Below are positions 41,385-51,213 of a stretch of DNA of 64,000 nucleotides, in pieces. Source of the stretch: an uncultured Chloroherpeton sp. (GTDB lineage Bacteria > Bacteroidota > Ignavibacteria > Kapaibacteriales > UBA2268); the NCBI GenBank assembly GCA_964500435.1, contig CAZCNL010000005.1, positions 101,180-165,179 of the forward strand, read 5' to 3'. The stretch's first letter is position 1. Each line of letters starts with the position of its first letter. The translations under genes were made by a program, and so were the position numbers. The notes below the pieces were generated by a model, which was not told where the DNA came from, did no database searches, and saw only the letters and a list, made by a program, of their open reading frames with translations.

Positions 41385-42416
41385 TTATAGCTTTTGAAAT
41401 TCAAATTTAGGATAACCTTTTTCGCCGGAAGTATTATAAAAATCTGTGAAATGTAATTTATAATATGCAACGGGCGTTTGTATTATATATACTTTCTTAT
41501 TATTAATTATATAAAATCCTTGACCAAGGTCGAACCATTTCCATTCGTGACCAATTGAATTTATATTATTCGAATAAGTTAAATTTTTGGCATAATCATA
41601 AGTAATATTGTCGAAAGACATTGAAGTATCAGCAATTGCAACTGATACCCTATTTGGGTTTAATAATGGTCCCGTAACACTATACCACATAGCTTGACCA
41701 TCATTGGTATAAAGTAATTCAGTGTATTTTGTAAAACATAAATCCCATTGGTTTGTTGTTGGTTCGATTGTAACAATAGCTCCATTATTATTAAAAGAAA
41801 AATGAATGAAATTATACAGAGGATTACGTGGTATTTCTATTTCATTTGCTTGATTACTGTTTAAATCTGAAAATTTTATATAATAAATACCATTTTCGTA
41901 ACCTAAGATTTGAAACTTTTTAAAACCACGACTTTTGCCTCTGTCAGTAACACCACGATTAATTATGTAAACTTCGGACTTGGAAATTATTTGAGTTGGA
42001 GTTTTGCTTTCCCACCATACTCCGAAAGCTGTTGAATCTAAATTCCCTTTTGGATTGTCGTAATTCCAAAGACTCGCATCAAGTCCATTAGTATCAGATG
42101 GAGAAACATCTTCGAAGCGTGTTTTGCCAGTATTATAAACGCTCATAAAACAACCGCCATTTACGATAAAAGCAACAATACTATCGGGATTGCTTGCAAA
42201 GGCTAAATCCCAGTCTGTAACAAGATTTGATGCAACAACTGAATCAAGTTCTAAATTAAAATATACTTGATTTGTATATAAATTGCCCATAGCAACTGTT
42301 CCAACCTTAACGCCACCTTTTAGATGTGGCTTTACGGGAGTTTCATCTGGAATGCAAGAGTTGAGCAAAATAATTATTGAGAACAATATTAAAGAAGCGA
42401 TTAATTTCATATTCAT
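41385..42416 (-). CDS. HmuY-like lipoprotein
   Basis: 343 aa with the lipobox LLNSC. The VYFNLELDSVVASNLVTDWDLAF...NGG region resembles the HmuY core (compare P. gingivalis HmuY ...NDLNWDMALHRYDVRLNCG). It lies immediately downstream of a TonB-dependent receptor. Confidence 0.5.
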   Translation of the reverse strand: MNMKLIASLILFSIIILLNSCIPDETPVKPHLKGGVKVGTVAMGNLYTNQVYFNLELDSVVASNLVTDWDLAFASNPDSIVAFIVNGGCFMSVYNTGKTRFEDVSPSDTNGLDASLWNYDNPKGNLDSTAFGVWWESKTPTQIISKSEVYIINRGVTDRGKSRGFKKFQILGYENGIYYIKFSDLNSNQANEIEIPRNPLYNFIHFSFNNNGAIVTIEPTTNQWDLCFTKYTELLYTNDGQAMWYSVTGPLLNPNRVSVAIADTSMSFDNITYDYAKNLTYSNNINSIGHEWKWFDLGQGFYIINNKKVYIIQTPVAYYKLHFTDFYNTSGEKGYPKFEFQKL

Positions 42417-42419
42417 TTC

Positions 42420-44711
42420 CTAATTTAATAATATTTTGTCTAAGCTAAACCTTAGAGATGTGAAAAATGTGCGGCCCCAACCAATTGGCATTTGTAAAGA
42501 ACCAGTTGAATGAGCACCTTGAACTGTAGCGATGCTTTGCTCTATTTGTTTAACATCGAAAAGATTTTTAAAGCCAAGTTGTAAATCAAGAGCATTATTC
42601 ATTATTTTAAATCCTACGGATAAGTCGAGCATTTGATAGTCGGAAACTTCATATTGGATAATACTTTCATTTTCGCCTATTCCGTAACCAGGTAATTTGC
42701 CGGTGTATTTATAAAAGGCATTAATTTGAGCAATATCTAAAAACGGTAATTTATACACAATGTTTGCTTGAATTTCGGGCGAATATGTAAATTCAGGTGT
42801 TGGGGATGTTTCACTTAAATAATTATAGCGACCAATATATGAAAATCCAAACTGAGCATTTAAATCAGAGGAAATATAATTGGCAGATATATCGCCCCCA
42901 GAAGTTTTATATTTTCCAATGTTTACGTAAGAATATTTGTCATCTTTAATTAAAGCAAATGTAACTAAATTGCTAATGTCGTTATAGTAATATTTGGCGC
43001 TAAAATTCCAAACTGCGGCTTCTTCTTGTATTCGGTAATCTGCAGAGAAATTCCACGAATTTGATGTTTCGGCTTTTAAGTTTTGATTACCATAAATATT
43101 GTGATTTACATCAACAAAGACATAGTATAATTCTCTTAAAGATGGGGCACGAAAACCTTTGGCGTATGATGCACGGAAGTCTAAATTATCAAAAAGTTGA
43201 TATTTTAAATTGATTGATGGTACAATAGGTGCTTCATATTCTGTGTTATAAATAAAGCGGACAGCTGGTTGAATTTGTAGCTCTTCAAACGGACGATAAT
43301 TTAAACTTGTATAAACCGCATAATCACCTTGTGTTTTTTCATTGTTTTCTATACGTTTACCAGTAGCTGTTTCGTAATTGATTTCAGTACCGGCGAGTAA
43401 CCCGATAATTTTATATGGGTCGTCCCAACTATAATTACCTCTGAATAACCATGTATAAAATTTCGTTGTATCTTGGTCCTCGGGATTTCCAGTTATAACT
43501 TGCTTCAATGTAGTTAAATCTTTGAAATATGTATTCTTTTCACGTAAATAATATGAATAATCAAGCATCAAGTTTAAATATTGGTACTTCGAAAGATTAC
43601 CATTTAAAAAAATGGAGTTAGATAATCTATTTGTTTTATATTCATCATCGAAAGCATCTTCGAAATACGGGGGACGAGGTGTCCCACGATTTAAAATATA
43701 CTCATTGAAATAACGTGCGGAATATCGCAATTTAAAATCACCGATATTTGTGCCATATTTCAAATCAGCGAGATATTGGATTTTTGGTTTCCATTGTTTA
43801 TGGCGTGAAGTATCGATAACAGAATAACCTCCGAAGAAATTTCGCCCACCAGTAATTACAAAATTGTGATTATCAAATAAATTAAATTTTAAAGCTCCAT
43901 CGAAATTTACCATTCCGACGCTTTCGTAATATGTATTTCCATCGAATTCTACTCGGTCGCAATTAGACGCATCATTTGTAATGATGTTCAATACACCACC
44001 CAAAGCGTCAGTTCCATAAATTGTAGACATAGGACCTTCGATTATTTCTACTTTTTGGACATTGTTTAAATTTATTTGGGATACATCTATATTCCCTTGC
44101 AAACGTCCAATAACGGGAACTCCATCAATCATTACTTTGACATTTTGACCAGAAATTCCATTTATTGAAATAGAGCTACCTAAAATGTTATCTTGAGAAA
44201 TACGCACATTCATTTGAGTTTGAAGTAAATCTCTCAAATTTGTAGCAGCTTGCGAAATAATTCGTTCTTCAGTGATTACTTGTACAGGATAAACGGAATT
44301 TTGAACAGATTGTGGGCTAAATTGTCCGGTGGTAACAATTTCTTGCAGCATAATTGCCGTCGGCTCTAAATAAACGGTGATATTGTTTTTGGCATCGACT
44401 GTATCGTGAGCGGTTTTATAACCAACGAACCTTACCGTATATGCAATTTTACCGTCAAAAGGAATAGGGACTACACCTTTTTTATTTGTTTTATGAACTT
44501 GAACTTGCGATTTTGTCGAGTTAGATAATGAAACAAAATGTACAGTTGCTGCCGCAAGTGGCTTTTCTGTACTTTTATCGAGTACTGTTAATATGTTATT
44601 ATATGAAAAAAGCGAGCTTGCAGCAAAGAAAAATAAGCAAAAAGTAATAAATTTAATTTTGCTTTGCAGATTATTCAAATTTGTTGAAAAGTGTTTCATT
44701 TGAAAACTCAT
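42420..44711 (-). CDS. TonB-dependent outer-membrane receptor (HmuR-like)
   Basis: 763 aa with a signal peptide, a carboxypeptidase-regulatory-like N-domain, a plug, and a 22-strand barrel ending in the aromatic terminal motif ...FSLDKILLN. The true start is probably an internal Met, since the tracked start overlaps the MTase gene by 41 bp. Confidence 0.85.
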   Translation of the reverse strand: MSFQMKHFSTNLNNLQSKIKFITFCLFFFAASSLFSYNNILTVLDKSTEKPLAAATVHFVSLSNSTKSQVQVHKTNKKGVVPIPFDGKIAYTVRFVGYKTAHDTVDAKNNITVYLEPTAIMLQEIVTTGQFSPQSVQNSVYPVQVITEERIISQAATNLRDLLQTQMNVRISQDNILGSSISINGISGQNVKVMIDGVPVIGRLQGNIDVSQINLNNVQKVEIIEGPMSTIYGTDALGGVLNIITNDASNCDRVEFDGNTYYESVGMVNFDGALKFNLFDNHNFVITGGRNFFGGYSVIDTSRHKQWKPKIQYLADLKYGTNIGDFKLRYSARYFNEYILNRGTPRPPYFEDAFDDEYKTNRLSNSIFLNGNLSKYQYLNLMLDYSYYLREKNTYFKDLTTLKQVITGNPEDQDTTKFYTWLFRGNYSWDDPYKIIGLLAGTEINYETATGKRIENNEKTQGDYAVYTSLNYRPFEELQIQPAVRFIYNTEYEAPIVPSINLKYQLFDNLDFRASYAKGFRAPSLRELYYVFVDVNHNIYGNQNLKAETSNSWNFSADYRIQEEAAVWNFSAKYYYNDISNLVTFALIKDDKYSYVNIGKYKTSGGDISANYISSDLNAQFGFSYIGRYNYLSETSPTPEFTYSPEIQANIVYKLPFLDIAQINAFYKYTGKLPGYGIGENESIIQYEVSDYQMLDLSVGFKIMNNALDLQLGFKNLFDVKQIEQSIATVQGAHSTGSLQMPIGWGRTFFTSLRFSLDKILLN

Positions 44712-45693
44712 TTAATTTATTTTGATTACTAATACTACTTTTATTTGTAGTCCCATCGATTATTTTTAAAATAGACCAATAACCTCTTGAATATTTTTCA
44801 GAAAGAAATTCAATCGATTGTTTTTTTGTTTTACCTTTAGAAATTAATTCGAGATATTCAGCTTTAAAAGTTGCTTTGTCAGATTCAGTTAATGGTTTTC
44901 CAGAATTTATGAATTTAGTTTGTGATGGTTTTCTCAAAGTATGTAATAAAAATCCATCTTGAATTTTTTCCATTTCTTTTATTTGATAATCAAATGCTAT
45001 TTTGCTAATTTCAAAACCAGTTGCTTTACGATTTAGACCTCTTGCAACCTTTGCAGTAGAAAAACTTCCTAAAAAAAAGTCACATACTAAATCACCGGGG
45101 TTGCTTGAATATTGTATCATTTTAATCAGTAATTCCCAAGGTAATTCATTTTTGTTCTTTATTTTATTTGGCTTATATTCCCGATTAATAAACCATACAT
45201 CTTCCCTGTCTTGATAATTTAAAGAACCATTTTTTTCATCTTTTTCGGCATCGCCAAAACGAGCAAAGGTGTTAAAAGTAGGTATATCGCCGAGTTTGAC
45301 ATAATAAAGAATATGGTAATGAGATGATATGTATTTATTTTTTGTGTAAACACCAAAATTATATTTCCAAATTATATGATTCACTTCTTTTAATTTTGTT
45401 GCTCGAAGTGCATTTAAAATATGAATTAAATTTGTATAACCAGAAACAATATATAAACTGCCTCCGGGTTTTAATACTCTTTCAGCTTCTTTAATCCACT
45501 TAAATGAGAACTCCTCATATTCATTTATTGGAATATCTACGTATCCATCAAGAACATTTTTTTCATTTCTATTATAATGCTTATGTAGTTTATCGCCATC
45601 AATACCATAAGGGGGGTCGGTGATAATTAAATCCACCGCCCCATCTTTTAAGTATTTTTGTGCACCTTCTATGCAATCAATATTATAAAACAT
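44671..45693 (-). CDS. site-specific DNA methyltransferase (beta-class N6-adenine or N4-cytosine MTase)
   Basis: 340 aa. The DPPY catalytic motif (DLIITDPPYGI) is near the N-terminus, and the AdoMet motif I (DLVCDFFLGSFSTAKVA) is near the C-terminus, which is the beta-class order. Confidence 0.85.
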   Translation of the reverse strand: MFYNIDCIEGAQKYLKDGAVDLIITDPPYGIDGDKLHKHYNRNEKNVLDGYVDIPINEYEEFSFKWIKEAERVLKPGGSLYIVSGYTNLIHILNALRATKLKEVNHIIWKYNFGVYTKNKYISSHYHILYYVKLGDIPTFNTFARFGDAEKDEKNGSLNYQDREDVWFINREYKPNKIKNKNELPWELLIKMIQYSSNPGDLVCDFFLGSFSTAKVARGLNRKATGFEISKIAFDYQIKEMEKIQDGFLLHTLRKPSQTKFINSGKPLTESDKATFKAEYLELISKGKTKKQSIEFLSEKYSRGYWSILKIIDGTTNKSSISNQNKLNEFSNETLFNKFE

Positions 45694-45701
45694 TTTATGT
45701 T

Positions 45702-46355
45702 TTAATATTTAATTTTGTAATTTTCAAATTTATCTAAGTCTTCTAATTGTAATAGATACTTTGAAGGTCGTGGCTTACTATTAGAATTACGTCCTTGGCT
45801 AAAAAGACCTAATTTACTTATATTTTGTTGATTGATAATTAAAAAAATTAATTCAACAAGCTCAGCTCTGGTTTTCCTGTATCGAGAAAAACTTGTCCTT
45901 TCTATCCTTTTTAGTTCATAGGATGATAATCCACCTTTAAGTTCGGTATGCCATTTTTGGAAGCTTCTGTCGTTATCATTATATTCAACATCACATAATG
46001 CTATTAAAATACCGTGATACTTATTCAACTCTACTGATTTTTGCATACTTTCACTATCGTTTAAAATTAGAAGATGAGAGTTAGATTTAATAGCATGAGA
46101 TTTCAAATCCCAATTGATTGACCTTTTCATATCGAATTTTACATTACCGACTTTATCACCAGGAAATTGGAAATGGTCTTTTAAAGATTTATTAACCAAT
46201 AGTTCAAAGTAAAATCCAAACCATTCCATTTGTTTCCAATTATAATTTGCTTCTTTTAATTCTAAAATTGATGACTTTCCGTCCCATACTTTCGGTAGAT
46301 GTTTTAGTTTTTCACTAATTAATTCAATATCATCAAGATATTTCTTTTTCATCAA
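45702..46355 (-). CDS. hypothetical protein, candidate cognate type II restriction endonuclease
   Basis: 217 aa with no recognisable family. It sits 8 bp upstream of the MTase on the same strand. Confidence 0.35.
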   Translation of the reverse strand: MMKKKYLDDIELISEKLKHLPKVWDGKSSILELKEANYNWKQMEWFGFYFELLVNKSLKDHFQFPGDKVGNVKFDMKRSINWDLKSHAIKSNSHLLILNDSESMQKSVELNKYHGILIALCDVEYNDNDRSFQKWHTELKGGLSSYELKRIERTSFSRYRKTRAELVELIFLIINQQNISKLGLFSQGRNSNSKPRPSKYLLQLEDLDKFENYKIKY

Positions 46356-46367
46356 AGAATTTATAAG

Positions 46368-47654
46368 TTATTGAACAATCAATTTTTGTACTTCTTTATT
46401 TCCATCTATGGAAAATACCACAAAGTATATGCCTGAACTTAATTTCGGATTTATTTGTAATGCATTGAAATTGCTTGCAGGCAAATTCATTTCGTATTGT
46501 TTTTGGCTATTTAAATTGAAAATTTCAATTTTTGGTTGAGAATTATTGCTGTTTGTTGAATAAGTTATATTCATTGCTTCATTAGGTGCAACGATATTTG
46601 GTGTTATAGCGAAATTGCCTGTGATATTACCATTGTTATCTTTTACAGAGTTAGGTTCAACTGGGGTTTTTTCGAAAATTACTTTTCCTGTTGAAGCACC
46701 TTCAAAGCCTGTAAAGACTATTTTCCAAATTAAACCATCTGGGGACATAACGAAATAGCATAAATCTGAAGGTATTTCCCATTGAAAATCTTGATTTAAA
46801 TGTTTCCAAAGATGACCGATTGTAGAAATATTGCTTGTGAAGCTATCATTCGTTGGTGTAGTAACAGTGGCTGGATCTTGACCCGCAACTTTTACTGCAC
46901 TCCATTCATAATTAATCAAAATGCCATTAACATTATAAGGGGTTTTTCCACCCTGTCCATCGTCGACCATTGCCATATATTTGCCAAATAACAAGCTCCA
47001 TGCGGATGGTTCTAAATCGAGCTTTTCTCCTGGTGTTGTTGCCAAAGAATAATAAGCAAATGATTTTGTGGAATAGTTCTTTTTATTGAATTCAACTGTT
47101 TTTGAGTTATTTCCGTTCAAATCGGCATACGAAAAATATAAAATTCCGCCAATTAAATCTTCAATTCGCATTTGATAGTAATTACCAGCTAAATCTTTGA
47201 AAATAAATAATTTTTTTCCACTAATTGCATGAGTTGACATATTATATTCGCCCCAGCCGAAATCGCCGTTATCTTCGAATCCATTTTTCCCCATATTGAA
47301 TGCACCGACAACCCAGCTTTCGTCTGAATCGAGCCATTCAATGAATTTGGTTTGGTCAGTATTCAATCCTGTCGTATCGATTACATTGCCGAAATCATCA
47401 ACGGTTTTGCCGACAACTTCCCACAAACGGCAACCTGCACCTGAATTTATTCTAATTGTTGCGTTTGTTCCTTTGGTCAATATGCTTAAATCCCAAGCAT
47501 TTAATGCTGCTGATGTTGTTGCATCATCTTCAAGATTATACCAAACACATTTGGAATAACTTTTACCATTTGCAACTTCAACTGTTGTTGTTTCTGCGAT
47601 GCTATTGGAAAATACCAAAGCAAATACGAAAAATATAGTTATTGCTGTTTTCAT
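46368..47654 (-). CDS. HmuY-like domain protein with T9SS C-terminal sorting domain
   Basis: 428 aa with a signal peptide. The N-terminal region VWYNLEDDATTSAALNAWDLSIL...NSGAG parallels the HmuY-like lipoprotein at 41385-42416. The C-terminal CTD reads SGIYFVVFSIDGNKEVQKLIVQ. Confidence 0.5.
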   Translation of the reverse strand: MKTAITIFFVFALVFSNSIAETTTVEVANGKSYSKCVWYNLEDDATTSAALNAWDLSILTKGTNATIRINSGAGCRLWEVVGKTVDDFGNVIDTTGLNTDQTKFIEWLDSDESWVVGAFNMGKNGFEDNGDFGWGEYNMSTHAISGKKLFIFKDLAGNYYQMRIEDLIGGILYFSYADLNGNNSKTVEFNKKNYSTKSFAYYSLATTPGEKLDLEPSAWSLLFGKYMAMVDDGQGGKTPYNVNGILINYEWSAVKVAGQDPATVTTPTNDSFTSNISTIGHLWKHLNQDFQWEIPSDLCYFVMSPDGLIWKIVFTGFEGASTGKVIFEKTPVEPNSVKDNNGNITGNFAITPNIVAPNEAMNITYSTNSNNSQPKIEIFNLNSQKQYEMNLPASNFNALQINPKLSSGIYFVVFSIDGNKEVQKLIVQ

Positions 47655-47786
47655 ATTATTTTTAACTCCTTTAAAATGAATATATTATATTGTTTTGTTT
47701 ATTAATAAAAAATTTTATTTACAAAATTAATGTATTAAACGTAAATTAACATAATTTTATTATTTAGCGAAATATTTCTAATTTTT

Positions 47787-48368
47787 TTAATAACATTCTT
47801 CTTCTATAATTTCACACAAAATATGACCAATCATTATATGAGTTTCTTGAATTCTTGCTGTATTATTCGAAGGAGAAATAAAGGAATAATCGCACATTTC
47901 AGCGATTTTTCCGCCATTTCCACCTAAAAATCCGATTACTGTGAGCTCTTTTGACTTTGCTGCTTCGATTGCACGGATTACATTTTCAGAATTACCACTT
48001 GTAGAAATTGCAATTAAAGCATCGCCAGTTTGAGCGAGTGCTTCGATTTGCCTGCTAAAAATATTATTGAAACCATAATCATTACCGCCAGCTGTTAAAA
48101 TTGAAGTATCCACCGTTAAAGCAATAGCTGGAATTGCGGGACGTTCGTATGAACTTCGTAAACGGACTACTAACTCTGCGGCTAAATGCTGGCTATCAGC
48201 AGCACTTCCTCCGTTTCCGCAAAATAATATTTTCTTCCCACTTTGAACAACTTCTGCAAGTTTTTTGCCTATGATTTCTATGTTCTTTATGGTATTTTTA
48301 TCTAAAATTGCTTGTTTAGTGGCAATACTTTCTTTAATCGACGATTCAATTTTGTGCTTATAATCCAT
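47787..48368 (-). CDS. gmhA: D-sedoheptulose-7-phosphate isomerase (SIS domain)
   Basis: 193 aa. ILFCGNGGSAADSQHLAAELVVR is the GmhA signature. Confidence 0.85.
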   Translation of the reverse strand: MDYKHKIESSIKESIATKQAILDKNTIKNIEIIGKKLAEVVQSGKKILFCGNGGSAADSQHLAAELVVRLRSSYERPAIPAIALTVDTSILTAGGNDYGFNNIFSRQIEALAQTGDALIAISTSGNSENVIRAIEAAKSKELTVIGFLGGNGGKIAEMCDYSFISPSNNTARIQETHIMIGHILCEIIEEECY

Positions 48369-48427
48369 ATTTTTTGGTTGATATTTTAATTTTAAATTAA
48401 ATAATATAAAGAAGAATTAATTTAATT

Positions 48428-49837
48428 TTGATTTTAAAAATGAACAATTTAGAGTTATATTTTCCAATTTTAAGTCCCTCGCTTTTGGCATATTATGTTT
48501 CAAAAGGAGAATGGAAATATTCAAGGCATTTACAATTAATCGAATCAAGCATCTTTGATATGCTTCGAGGTAATAAAAAGCACTTAATTGTAAATATGCC
48601 ACCAAGGCACGGCAAAAGTGAATTTATTTCGAAATATTTTCCATTTTGGTATCTCATAAATAATCCAAATAAAAGAATTATTTTAGTTTCGTACCAAGCA
48701 GGAATTGCTGAAGGTTGGAGCCGAAAAATTCGTGATTTGTTTGTAAATTATGGCGAGAAATTCGGCGTACGTTTAAATCCTCGACATAACAAATCGAATA
48801 GCTTTGGTTTTATGGAATATTCAGGTAGTCTGTATTCAGTCGGTATTGGAGGAGCGTTGACTGGTAAAGGTGCTGATTTATTGATTATTGATGACCCAGT
48901 GAAAAATGATGAAGAAGCGAATTCTTTGTTATTTCGTGATAAAATTTGGGAATGGTTCAATGCTACGGCAATGACAAGATTAGAACCGGATGGTCATTGT
49001 ATCGTTGTAATGACAAGATGGCACGAAGATGATTTAACAGGAAGAATTATAAATCATTCCTGCATCGATTTTAACTTAAATTGGAACTTGATTTCTTTGC
49101 CTGCAATTGCTCAAAAGAATGATTTAATTGGACGTCAAGAAGGTGAAGCTCTGTGGAAAGAACGATTTCCTATTAATAATTTGTTAAATTTAAAATCGCA
49201 AATTGGTTCTTATTGGTTTTCTTCACTTTACCAGCAAGAACCTGTGCCTTCGGGAAATAGCATTTTCAAGCGTGAAAATTTTAAATATTTTCAGGAATTT
49301 GATACTTATTATAACTTAGAAATTTCGCCAAGTTTAAATAAAAAGGTTTTGAAAGAAAATTTGACAATTATGGCGACTTCCGATTTGGCGATTTCAACAA
49401 ACGAAACATCGGATTATACAGTTATCCTGATTTTTGGCAAGAACAACGATGGAGATATATTAATTTTGGATATAATCCGAGAAAGATTTGAATTTTCGTC
49501 ACATATTTCAATGTTGAATGCAATATTTGCAAAATATCAACCAATTTTAATTGGCATCGAAAATGTGCAATTCCAGCAAGCTTTAATCCAAACTGCAATA
49601 AAATCCGGGTTGCCAATTAAATCTCTTCGAGCAGATAAAGATAAAATTTCCCGAGCTTTGCCTATTGCGTCTTTAATTGAAAACGGAAAAGTTTATTTTA
49701 AGAAAAATTCTGCCTACCTTGAAAGTTTTGAAAAAGAATTACTTAATTTTCCGAAAGGGAAAAATGACGACCAAGTCGATGCATTTGCTTATATTTCTCA
49801 GATGGTTACAATGAATAGTAAGCTTTTGCCAATTTAA
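48428..49837 (+). CDS. phage terminase large subunit (ATPase plus RNaseH-like nuclease), orphan
   Basis: 469 aa. The Walker A-like motif is NMPPRHGKSEF, the Walker B is GADLLIIDDP, and the coupling motif is VVMTRWHEDD. The C-terminal nuclease has an acidic triad (ATSDLAIS ... ENVQFQ ... NDDQVDAFAY). Confidence 0.8.
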   Translation: MILKMNNLELYFPILSPSLLAYYVSKGEWKYSRHLQLIESSIFDMLRGNKKHLIVNMPPRHGKSEFISKYFPFWYLINNPNKRIILVSYQAGIAEGWSRKIRDLFVNYGEKFGVRLNPRHNKSNSFGFMEYSGSLYSVGIGGALTGKGADLLIIDDPVKNDEEANSLLFRDKIWEWFNATAMTRLEPDGHCIVVMTRWHEDDLTGRIINHSCIDFNLNWNLISLPAIAQKNDLIGRQEGEALWKERFPINNLLNLKSQIGSYWFSSLYQQEPVPSGNSIFKRENFKYFQEFDTYYNLEISPSLNKKVLKENLTIMATSDLAISTNETSDYTVILIFGKNNDGDILILDIIRERFEFSSHISMLNAIFAKYQPILIGIENVQFQQALIQTAIKSGLPIKSLRADKDKISRALPIASLIENGKVYFKKNSAYLESFEKELLNFPKGKNDDQVDAFAYISQMVTMNSKLLPI

Positions 49838-49953
49838 CTTAACACACCATAAAAGAAATTTAAAAAAAATTTTTAAAATTTTGTAACTAAAATAAGAAAT
49901 ATTACGTATTTTGGAATAGAAAAATAATAAATTTACAAAATAACGGAGAAAAT

Positions 49954-50739
49954 ATGAAAATCAAATTATTATTTACATTCTTTATTTGTATATTAGTTAC
50001 AAATCTTGCTTACTCTCAAAAAGGAGAAATGCCAAATCAACAAAATAAAAATTCGCAAGAAGAAGCACAAAGAGTTGAATATTTGAAGAATTTACCCTTG
50101 CATGGTTTCGCAGGAATAAATTTTTCGAACTCTGTCCCACAAAATGAATATATGGACAATTTACAGACAGCAGGTCCTGGCTTCGGTTTTATCGGTGGTT
50201 ATAGGTTTGAACCAATCCCAATAAGTGTTGGGGGCCAGTTTGATATGGTGTTTTTCGGTGGAGATACAAAATATTATAATTACAAATTACCGAATGGGTG
50301 GACTTATGCACGAGACACGCTCACGACATCTTCTTGGGCGATGCCAATTACAGCATTTGTTAAAATCGAACCTAACTTATTCAATTTTGCATACCCATAT
50401 CTTGAAGCCTTTGCAGGATTTACGATGATGAATGCAAGTGCAAATTATAAATCTAATTATGGAATAAATGACGATAAAAACGAATTTAGTGCTAATTTTA
50501 ATTATGGATTAGGTATCGGCACATCTATCAAACTTGCAGATTTTATTTTATTACCAAATAACATCACAAGAATGCTTCTCGATGTCAAATTTAGATATAT
50601 GTCAGGAAATGAAACTGATTACTATAAGGTAAAATCAAATCCGGATGGTTCGGTTACGTTTGACAAATTCCGTTCCAAAACTGACCAAGTATTCTTCAAT
50701 TTAGGTTTAGTATTTTATTTTGGAAGTGCAAATAATTAA
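49954..50739 (+). CDS. outer-membrane beta-barrel (porin-like) protein
   Basis: 261 aa with a signal peptide, Gly/aromatic-rich alternating strands, and the terminal strand LGLVFYFGS. Confidence 0.5.
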   Translation: MKIKLLFTFFICILVTNLAYSQKGEMPNQQNKNSQEEAQRVEYLKNLPLHGFAGINFSNSVPQNEYMDNLQTAGPGFGFIGGYRFEPIPISVGGQFDMVFFGGDTKYYNYKLPNGWTYARDTLTTSSWAMPITAFVKIEPNLFNFAYPYLEAFAGFTMMNASANYKSNYGINDDKNEFSANFNYGLGIGTSIKLADFILLPNNITRMLLDVKFRYMSGNETDYYKVKSNPDGSVTFDKFRSKTDQVFFNLGLVFYFGSANN

Positions 50740-50772
50740 TTATAAAATTTAAATAAATATAGAGGAAAAATT

Positions 50773-51192
50773 ATGAAAAAGGTATTTTTATTATTAGCAA
50801 GCTTTGCTCTTTTAGCAATTACTTTCAATGCATGTGTTACAGTTCGAGGTCAAGGAACTTATTCAGGTAGTTCGAATGATTATGATAGAAATTTGACAGC
50901 CGGCAAAGTTCAAAAAGAAATTCATAAAGGGATGAGTGGCGCAGAAGTTACAGAAATTCTTGGTTCTCCAAATATTGTCACAGCAGATGAAAATGGCTAT
51001 GAAACTTGGGTTTACGACAAAATTGCAACAGAAGCAAGTTATTCTAAAAGCAACGACGCCTTATTTTTATTCATTTATGGTCAAAGCAACACAAGTTCTA
51101 ATTATACTGTAACTCAAAAAACTTTAACAGTTGTAATTAAACTCAAAGACAATAAAGTTGATAGTTTTGCATACCACTCAAGCAAATTTTAA
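50773..51192 (+). CDS. hypothetical lipoprotein
   Basis: 139 aa with a signal peptide and the lipobox FNAC. Confidence 0.5.
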   Translation: MKKVFLLLASFALLAITFNACVTVRGQGTYSGSSNDYDRNLTAGKVQKEIHKGMSGAEVTEILGSPNIVTADENGYETWVYDKIATEASYSKSNDALFLFIYGQSNTSSNYTVTQKTLTVVIKLKDNKVDSFAYHSSKF

Positions 51193-51213
51193 TTAATTTT
51201 ACATAATTAAAAT

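Noticed and set aside
48428-49837. Calling the terminase locus a prophage
   Set aside because: No other phage structural, integrase or lysis genes and no att-like direct repeats are visible within the window, so it is reported as an orphan terminase instead.
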